Shown here: positions 51,076 through 58,708 of the stretch, in pieces
Layout: every line of letters starts with the position of its first letter
How positions within the stretch are numbered: position 1 is the stretch's first letter
Made by a program: the position numbers and the translations under genes
From: Candidatus Thorarchaeota archaeon
Lineage (GTDB): Archaea; Asgardarchaeota; Thorarchaeia; Thorarchaeales; Thorarchaeaceae
Length of the DNA stretch: 64,000 nucleotides
Direction: 5' to 3'
Assembly (NCBI GenBank): GCA_963726195.1
Contig: CAVSBO010000013.1
Span: forward strand, 1-64,000
The notes under the pieces: model-generated
Told to the model about the DNA's origin: nothing
Databases searched by the model: none
Seen by the model: only the letters and a program-made list of their open reading frames with translations

Positions 51076-52243
51076 ATGGTTGAAAGTACTCTTAGTGTGA
51101 TTAAAGCAGACGTCGGTTCTTTGGCTGGACACGTAATTGTACCTGATTTTATCATGGAGCTCGCTCGAAAGTGTCTGAAAGAGGGTGTTGACAAGAAAAT
51201 CATCAAAGACTTTCGAGTGGTGAACGCAGGTGACGATCTCGAGCTGATTATGACTCACCATCGCGGGGAGAACAGCGAGGATGTCCACAAGCTGAGCTTG
51301 GGATACCTTCATGAAATGCACTGAAAAAGCACGGGAGATGAAAATCTATGCAGCCGGGCAAGACATGCTTTCGGACTCATTCAGTGGCAACGTGAAGGGC
51401 ATGGGGCCCGGCTCTGCTGAGATGGCTGTAGAGGAAAGAAAGTCAGAGCCATTTGCAGTGTTCTGTGCTGACAAGACCGAGCCAGGTGCTTACAACCTTC
51501 CTCTATTCAGAATGTTTGCGGATCCGTTCAACACGGCCGGACTGGTAATCGACCCCAATCTTCACGAAGGTTTCAAGTTCGTCGTGCAGGACATCCTGAA
51601 ACAGGTTCCCACCTATGTGGAGTTGAAGTGCCCAGAAGAGATGTACGACCTTCTGGCTTTGATTGGGAGCACTGGTCATTATGTCATCAAGAGGATTTTC
51701 AGGCGTGACGGTATGATAGCCGCTTCCGTCAGCACCGACAAGCTGTCCCATATCGCTGGCAAGTATGTTGGCAAAGACGATCCAGTTGCGATTGTAAGAG
51801 CCCACTCAGGTCTGCCAGCAATGGGCGAGGTATTGGAAGCTTTCACTCTTCCGCACCTAGTATCGGGATGGATGCGAGGGTCCCATATAGGCCCACTTCT
51901 GCCAGTCGGCTTGAAAGACTCAAGGTGTACCAGGTTTGACGGTCCTCCGAGAGTAGTCTGTCTCGGCATTCAGGTCAGCAATGGTATGATTGTCGGCCCC
52001 GTGGATCTCTTCGACGATATTGCCTTCGACATCAGCAGGCGAAGAGGAATGGAAATCGCTGACTATCTGAGAAGGCACGGGCCGTTCATGCCACACAGAT
52101 TGAACGAGCACGACATGGAGTATACGACTCTGCCCAATGTACTGTCGAGGCTTGAGGGTCGTTTCACTGAGAATGATGGCATGGCTGGCAAAAGCACAAG
52201 CACAAAAAGCGCGAAGAAGCCGCACACAGACTCTGCCGAGTGA
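51076..52243 (+). CDS. fbp: Fructose-1,6-bisphosphate aldolase/phosphatase (+1 frameshift ~51294)
   Basis: KADVGS..GH, GDD, YAAGQDML, DKTEPGA, YVGKDDP, GWMRGSH. Confidence 0.97.
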
Positions 52244-52341
52244 GTCCTTCGTGATGGCTCAAGTCACCCTTCAGCCACTATCCGATGTGCTCGACAAGAG
52301 AATCACTGAGCAGAGTCGTAGTTCCGAATGTCTGGAGCGGC

Positions 52342-52632
52342 TTAGCCTGTGCGCTTTATGATATGGTATCCGAACTTGGTCTTGACAGGTTCGGTAGTCA
52401 TTTGGCCAGGACCCAAGGCGAATGCAGCTCGCTCAAATTCCGGGACCATCTTGCCCCTCTCAAACCAGCCGAGGTCTCCGCCTTTGCTCTTCGAGGGACA
52501 AGTGCTGAACTGCTTTGCCATGTCCGCGAAGCTTGCACCTTCGTTTATCTTCCTGATGATTTCCAAAGCTTGGCTCTGTTTCTCTACCAAGATGTGGCTA
52601 GCTTTCACTTTTCCTGCAGTGCTCTTGCTCAC
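52342..52632 (-). CDS. Parvulin-type peptidyl-prolyl isomerase
   Basis: [35 protein letters not shown]; SD GAGGTGA at 52645-52639. Confidence 0.95.
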   Translation of the reverse strand: MSKSTAGKVKASHILVEKQSQALEIIRKINEGASFADMAKQFSTCPSKSKGGDLGWFERGKMVPEFERAAFALGPGQMTTEPVKTKFGYHIIKRTG

Positions 52633-52645
52633 GAGTATTCACCTC

Positions 52646-52711
52646 GCCGTTCATTGTAGAATGGACAAATCTAGACATAAGTCCTTTGTCCTCTCAGGAA
52701 CGGCACTGAGA
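52646..52711 (-). ncRNA. Putative omegaRNA 3' scaffold (H-type pseudoknot plus hairpin) overlapping the tnpB-like 3' end
   Basis: TCTCAG/CTGAGA stem; loop GCCGTTC pairs with GAACGGC; nested GGACAAA/TTTGTCC hairpin. Confidence 0.5.
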
Positions 52712-54814
52712 TTGCCGGAGTGAATTATGTTACGTGCCGCATTTATGTCTGCATGAATGTGCAAACCGCAATGTGGACAGTAGAAGTATTCCCCACCCTT
52801 CTTCTCAGTCATGGATTCTTTGCCATGGACTCGGAGCCCTCTCTCTTTACACACATGGCAGGTCTGAGAGGTCCATGCGGGGTTTACTGTCCACACGCTA
52901 TGCGGCGAATGACCAAGTGCCTGCCGCATGTACCTGATTCTGTCAATGGTCTGTCCCCACATGTTTGCGGTGAGAGCCCATGAAAGACCTTTGTACCCAC
53001 TCGGGGCTTCGTCAGCTCCTCAGATCCTCAAGGTAGAGCGTTTTGACGTTGTGCTCTTCGCAGAACCAAACAGTGTGTGAGGCGACAACCCGAGAGACCT
53101 CGCGGTCGAGACGACGGACCTTGTGCCAAAGAGCATCTAGGTTCCTTTCCTTCTTGAGGAGGGACGATGGATGCGACTGCCCCGGCCTCTTTGTCTCCCA
53201 GTTATTCATTTTGTGTTTGACTTCTCCTTGGAGGAATGAGGCTTGCCTTCTAAGGCGTTGCCTCTTACTCAAGAGAGGCTCCATTCTTACCAGCTGATCA
53301 GAGTATGTTTGGTCTTGTAGAACCGATAAAGCGACAGAGACCCTGAGCCCTCTGTCTGCCCCCGCAAGCGAATCGTATGTTTTGTTCTCAAGTCTCGGGA
53401 GGGCTTTCGTGTCGGGTGCGTGGAATGGTATCTGGAGTGTCACTCTGTGCCCCCGAATGAGAAGCTTGGGGGGAGCAGACCTACGGAGCTTCTTCAACTG
53501 TGAGACTTCTTTCTTAAGTTCCACGAGCTTCTCGGACTCTGAATCGCCTTTGCGCCTGATGTGCAGCTCGTGCGCCTTGTGCTGAAATTGGATGGTATTC
53601 ATGAGCTGCTCGTGCATATCTCGAAAGACGCAAGCTCTAAACTCAAGTCTCTCTGCTCTGTAGGGCAGATTTGAAGCCCTTGCCTGGTCCGCTTTGACAG
53701 TGTCCCCACGCGATGCCTGTGGAAGCCAGTTCAGAAAGCGAAATGTCAACGTTCGACAATCGCGTGTGGAATCGTCGATCCTCGTCCCGGCCATGCCACG
53801 AGGGAGCTTGATATGCAAAAGGACTTCGTTGTTCTTTTCGGTGTCTGATTCGAACCAGTAGCCTTGCCCGGTACTGTTCTCAGTAGAAGCCGAATAGTCG
53901 AGACTCGGGCTCTTGAAGCGTGGCGTAGTAGACTTGTATCCGTTCTTAGACCAAGAGTCGACCTTGTTGATGATAAGCGCCCGAATAGCATCTTTCTTAG
54001 GAGAAGGCTTGCTGAGGCCTCGTCTGACTCTCAACCTTTGCCCTACTCTTGTTCCCATTGGTTGTTCTAATTCAGAAATCACAACTTGGTCAAGTGCGCT
54101 TCTGAGTTGTCGGAGGACCGAGAGTGCATAATGATAGCCTGCGCCATTCTTTCGGACTAGTTCGCAACTATCTCGGACCTTGCGGATCAATCTTGCCACG
54201 ATCCATTTCTCACTCAGCAGCTGAATAGCATCCTCTTGTGAATCACAGAGAAGGCGAATAGCAGACGTGGTCAGCTGCCTTCTGATGTATTGGGAGAGAA
54301 TGATGCGGCCGGCCTCTTCCAACGCGTCCCTGTGGAGACGCTCAAATATGAGATTCTGGAATTCCTTATTTCCTTGGTAGCAGAGGTCGGTTTCCTTGCG
54401 AAGTAGGTTGTATGCTTCTCCCCTGTACAGTGAAAGTTCGTGTCCGATTTGTTCAGCACGTTGAGGACTGGTGTAGACTCTCTCAAGAATCAGGTTGACG
54501 ACATCCACGTATCGTTTCATGTATGATTCAAGGGTGTTGAGGTCCACAGTACCGACTTTGTTTCCCGCGACTTTCGTCAGAAGTGAGAGCCGATGTAGAG
54601 ACCGGCGGCTGTGCTTCTTCGAGAACGAGGGGTTTGGGCAGGAGCCAGACCCTTTGCGTATTACGACTCGATCTCGAGAATTGAGAATGAATGATTCAGT
54701 CAGAAAACTCCGGGTCGCATGCTCAGCGACTGATGACTCATTTATGAAGTTGTCATCAATCGTCTCCTGCTTTGTAGGCAGCCTGTGATGACACTGGGTT
54801 GTTTCTGTTGCCAC
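52651..54814 (-). CDS. tnpB: Large (~720 aa) TnpB/Cas12-like RuvC nuclease (+1 frameshift ~53013)
   Basis: RuvC-I GADRG, RuvC-II LEDL, VNPAWTSQTCHVC...CPHC Zn finger, RuvC-III HADINAARNI. Confidence 0.85.
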
Positions 54815-54836
54815 ATGCCAGCACTCTCTAAGAGTC

Positions 54837-54850
54837 TATGCTCGAGCATA
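54837..54850. promoter_or_regulatory. Perfect 14-bp palindrome TATGCTCGAGCATA in the tnpB/RHH divergent region
   Basis: Self-complementary; lies within an imperfect hairpin 54831-54857. Confidence 0.4.
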
Positions 54851-55024
54851 TATCTCCGTAAGTTATACAGACGTGCTGGGAACCTGCCATTAGACTATCT
54901 TTTCGACACCTACGACATGTAAAACAGTGACTGTGGACAGAATTGAGCGCATAATACGCAGATGAGCACCAGCGAATGACACCGGTTCTTTAGGACCTGA
55001 GCTTCCTTTGTTGTTCGGTGCAGA

Positions 55025-55261
55025 ATGAGAGTAGTCACGATATGCTTGCCAGAGTCCTATGTTGAAGGCATGGACGCTTTGATAAAGAAGGACATGTACC
55101 CAAGCCGATCAGAGGTCATTCGCATGGCCATAAGAGACATGTTGGTGGCAGAACTCTGGAAGGAGGAAAGGCCATCAGGTTTGCGTCCTATGCTAGGACG
55201 GGGCGAGCGGCCATCTGCAGTTCCCTTAGAGCGAGTATCTCCTATCGGGCAGTATAGGTAG
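55025..55261 (+). CDS. Ribbon-helix-helix (CopG/CdrS-like) regulator
   Basis: MRVVTICLPE...YPSRSEVIRMAIRDML. Confidence 0.9.
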   Translation: MRVVTICLPESYVEGMDALIKKDMYPSRSEVIRMAIRDMLVAELWKEERPSGLRPMLGRGERPSAVPLERVSPIGQYR

Positions 55262-55339
55262 TCTGTACGACTCAATTAGCTTTTTCTTGGGAGCTTTCGT
55301 TCACTATTACCTGATATCCAAAGGCAGAGGAATGCGGAT

Positions 55340-55930
55340 ATGGTGCGCAAGATATTCGGACGCGGCAAGAAGGATACCGAAGAGGAAAAAGAGAAGTCAG
55401 TAGATGAGAAACTAGGTTCTCGGGAACTCGAAGAAACTTACATTCCGCCTCCTAGTGAGACTCACATCGAAGCCACTCCGACTGAGACTGAGGAATCATT
55501 GCCTGAGGCGAAGCAGTCTGAGCGAGGCGGAACCGTACCCTACCACAGTTCGTTGCCGGATCGTCTCAAATACTTCTTTGACGATACTTCTGCTGTCAAA
55601 GGAATAGAAAGCACGGACGCGTTCACGATCGGGTTCTTGGCCATGGGTGACAGATTCAAGGTCGAGAAGGAGTCCATGGGTCCGATTAAAGTGGATTCCG
55701 GAATGACGCACGACGAGGATGCATTCATACGGGTTTCCAATGATGCGGTCGCCGACCTCCTGTCTGCTGCCACGTTCAAAGAGTTCTCGGATGTCTACAT
55801 GCGTTACTACAGGAATGCGGGACCGGGCAAGTTCGTGAAAATCGAGCTTCGTGAGGACATCAGTACACTGAACAAGCGCGGTTTCGCCAGAGTTCCACTC
55901 CTCAAACTCCTGATTGGAACTGCGCGCTAG
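55340..55930 (+). CDS. Hypothetical protein (acidic N-terminus, possibly SCP2-like C-terminal domain)
   Basis: 196-aa ORF with SD-like GAGG upstream. Confidence 0.7.
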   Translation: MVRKIFGRGKKDTEEEKEKSVDEKLGSRELEETYIPPPSETHIEATPTETEESLPEAKQSERGGTVPYHSSLPDRLKYFFDDTSAVKGIESTDAFTIGFLAMGDRFKVEKESMGPIKVDSGMTHDEDAFIRVSNDAVADLLSAATFKEFSDVYMRYYRNAGPGKFVKIELREDISTLNKRGFARVPLLKLLIGTAR

Positions 55931-56060
55931 AAGAGAATCGCCGTTCATGCTCAAGCCCTCAGTTCCGCTCTATTTCGAGAACGAGTTGGAGCGCCATGTT
56001 AATAGGCAACTCCTCGCGTGCGGACTTTGTGGATGGTTGATTCAGTGAGGAGACTCTGCG

Positions 56061-56744
56061 ATGACTGACCTACGAACGCCAGTAGTGGTTGTCAATTTCA
56101 AGACTTACCCTCAGGCAACTGGTGACAAAGCAGTTAGCTTGGCCAAGATGTGCGAGAAGGTGGCTCGCGAGTACAACGTGTCAATCGTTGTGGCGCCCCA
56201 AATTGCAGACCTTTACAGGGTAAGCACCGCTGTCACAATACCTGTTTTCTCCCAGCATATGGATCCAGGGGAGCCCGGTCGATGCACGGGACACACCTTG
56301 GGCGAGACGCTTGTTGCATCCGGATGCAAGGGCACTCTCTTGAATCACTCTGAAAAGAGGATGCAGCTCGCTGATATCGAAGAAGCAGTCAGAATCGCAG
56401 AGAAGCTCAAGCTCTACACGATTGTGTGCACGAACAATCCATTCGTGAGCGTGGCCGCTGCATCCATTCATCCGTCGGCAATAGCAGTTGAGCCCCCGGA
56501 GCTGATTTCTTCTGGTATCTCGGTTTCAAAAGCTCAGCCGGAAATCATCACGGGTACTGTTGAAAAGATACGTGCAGTGAACCGCGAAGTCACGATACTC
56601 TGTGGTGCGGGTATCACAGTAGGTGAAGATGTGAGCGCTGCAATCAAGCTCGGCTCTCAAGGTGTTCTTCTGGCATCGGCAGTTGCGAAGTCGGACAAGC
56701 CTGAGGCCGCACTGAGGAACCTCGTAGCGCCTCTTAAGAAATAG
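56061..56744 (+). CDS. tpiA: Triosephosphate isomerase (archaeal type)
   Basis: VNFKTY, QH, LNHSEKR, AVEPPELI, LCGAGI, GVLLAS. Confidence 0.97.
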   Translation: MTDLRTPVVVVNFKTYPQATGDKAVSLAKMCEKVAREYNVSIVVAPQIADLYRVSTAVTIPVFSQHMDPGEPGRCTGHTLGETLVASGCKGTLLNHSEKRMQLADIEEAVRIAEKLKLYTIVCTNNPFVSVAAASIHPSAIAVEPPELISSGISVSKAQPEIITGTVEKIRAVNREVTILCGAGITVGEDVSAAIKLGSQGVLLASAVAKSDKPEAALRNLVAPLKK

Positions 56745-56775
56745 CAGCTTCCGCTCATCTTTTCAGAGTACCAGT

Positions 56776-57681
56776 ATGGTAGTGAGATGGCAATCCGAAT
56801 TGAAAGTCACTCCTTACTGTGCCGAGTGTTTGTTGGAACGCGCAGTGAAACAAGTGCGTCTTGCCACGTCCGATGCAGATCTACAGGCACGGGTAATCGC
56901 TGCAATGACAGAGCTCCTTGAGAGAGAGTTTACCGCAGACTCAGTGCCATGCTACATTGGAACGGACCGGGACCTGCTGGTACAGAGGATGACAGGAGTC
57001 GATCCGTACAAGGAGCTGAAAGCAAGGTCAAATGAAATGGCCCTCCGCATTCTGCCCGAACTAGAGTCATCCATAGGCAGGATGAGGAGTCCTGTTCAGA
57101 AGTTCAGGAGGGCAGCTCTCATTGCGGCTGCGGCCAATGCCATCGAATTCGATGTTGCTGGTCGCGATTTCAGCCTCGACGACTTCAAGGACATTGTAAG
57201 CCGTGTTGAGGCTGACTTGGTTGTCGACCACATAGAGCCCTTCAGGCGTCTCTGCAAGGAAGTCCGCAACGTGACCTATCTAGTTGACAATGCAGGAGAA
57301 GTCGCGCTCGACATCGTGCTGATTTCTCAAATGAAGCACCTTGGCCCACGTGTGACGGCCGTTGTGAAGAGCAGCCCAATTCTCAACGATGCAACATTAG
57401 AAGACGCCGAGGAGGTCGGCCTCACAAGTATCGCAGACAGAGTGATGGATACGGGCCCGCCGACTATCGGCATCATCTTGAATCGCGCGTCAGAAGAGTT
57501 CAAGCAGGTCCTGTTTTCGTCAGAACTGATTGTCGCTAAGGGTATGGGCCACTATGAGTCCCTTACTGAACTTGACTTGCCATGTCCAGTTGTTCACATT
57601 CTGCGGACGAAATGCAATCCTGTCGCAGATCACATTGGTGTGCCGCGCAACAAGAACGTGGTTCTGCTCAGACGACCATAG
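56776..57681 (+). CDS. DUF89/ARMT1-family damage-control phosphatase
   Basis: CAECL, DPYKELK, DNAGE, LNDAT, AKGMGHYESL, TKC. Confidence 0.9.
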   Translation: MVVRWQSELKVTPYCAECLLERAVKQVRLATSDADLQARVIAAMTELLEREFTADSVPCYIGTDRDLLVQRMTGVDPYKELKARSNEMALRILPELESSIGRMRSPVQKFRRAALIAAAANAIEFDVAGRDFSLDDFKDIVSRVEADLVVDHIEPFRRLCKEVRNVTYLVDNAGEVALDIVLISQMKHLGPRVTAVVKSSPILNDATLEDAEEVGLTSIADRVMDTGPPTIGIILNRASEEFKQVLFSSELIVAKGMGHYESLTELDLPCPVVHILRTKCNPVADHIGVPRNKNVVLLRRP

Positions 57682-57707
57682 CGAACGCTTTGACATTCGA
57701 ATTTGTC

Positions 57708-58538
57708 TCACGCCATATCCTGAGAGTACGGCCTAAGGGTTTTGGACAGTGGTGGTGAGTCAACGAAATCCAGCTTGAGCTCTGGGAATTCGAGGCTCAA
57801 CTGATACTTGAGACGTTTCATACCCGGCTCTTCACTGAGAAATGACCCAATCTCGATTGTGTTGACACCCTCTTCGACAGCAATCATCCGAGATTCAGGA
57901 ACCAGCTCACCAGTGACGAGTGTTTCTATATCTTGTTTCTTCGCTTCAGAAATCTCCGGAAGGTCGATCAGGTCTCCCGCACTGACCAAGATCGGTCCCA
58001 GTTCGTCGTCCAGTTCGCCGCCAAACAGAATCCCCTCGAGTCCCATCTTGCTTGAGACATAGTTTGCGAAGCCTGAATGGTTCATTACTCCTGGTGGCTC
58101 ACATATTCTGCCTATTGGGACAGTCTCCGAATAGGTACCGACGGTTCTAAACTCCTTGAGCTTCTTCAATTCGAGAGTCTCGACCAAGGCATCAGTGAGT
58201 CCGCCGTTGGTGCATGCCCATGCGCTCCCGACAGTGCATGCAGAAATGTAGTTCTTTGTCAGGAGTCTCACACGGATGAGGTCGAAGCCATACAGCCTGT
58301 CAAGAGCAAACGGAAAGAGAGGCCTGTACGTGATTAGGAGGTTGGCCTTGTCTTGAGATGCTTTTGTCACAGCTCTTGCCGAAGGGTATGTGGCCACTAG
58401 TACTCTGTTCACGGTCGTCTTTGCCTGCTCACTCTCTGTTTGAGGACCGATTTCCACCCTTGGCTCGATGTCTCTGACAGTCAATTCGCGTGGGGCGACA
58501 CTCTGTAGGAACTTTGTTATGTCAAGAAGAGTCGTCAT
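57708..58538 (-). CDS. Nif3/DUF34-like protein (degenerate metal site)
   Basis: Overall Nif3 layout: VAP..L, LLITYRPLF, IGRI, LVTGE, IEIG...EEPGM. Confidence 0.7.
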   Translation of the reverse strand: MTTLLDITKFLQSVAPRELTVRDIEPRVEIGPQTESEQAKTTVNRVLVATYPSARAVTKASQDKANLLITYRPLFPFALDRLYGFDLIRVRLLTKNYISACTVGSAWACTNGGLTDALVETLELKKLKEFRTVGTYSETVPIGRICEPPGVMNHSGFANYVSSKMGLEGILFGGELDDELGPILVSAGDLIDLPEISEAKKQDIETLVTGELVPESRMIAVEEGVNTIEIGSFLSEEPGMKRLKYQLSLEFPELKLDFVDSPPLSKTLRPYSQDMA

Positions 58539-58708
58539 GATCGGCTATCTCGCATGAAGGGATTGGACCTAGACCGAATTTTGGTATGTCATGTGTGCTT
58601 GTGAAATCGCTGAGCGAATGTGTCATTGAAATCTATCTTATGCTTTTTGTTCATGAGATGTGGCTAAGACCGAGCTCCTGGTGATATGACTCCCGAGTTG
58701 CTCCTGCT

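Noticed and set aside
43447-53017. Identical AGC-TGA-CGAAG at two +1 frameshifts, each preceding a zinc finger (programmed shifty-stop frameshift or selenocysteine)
   Set aside because: In-frame read-through gives nonsense, so not Sec. The same AGCT[G]A insertion occurs on a non-coding strand (11958) and in fbp, which favours a systematic sequencing error.
1-54814. Mass pseudogenisation
   Set aside because: Frameshifted genes, including fbp, keep intact motifs on both sides and have no extra stops; errors are the more parsimonious explanation.
52200-55340. CRISPR array, cas genes or TnpA accompanying the TnpB-like gene
   Set aside because: No regularly spaced repeats and no cas1/2/4, HUH or serine recombinase ORF seen.
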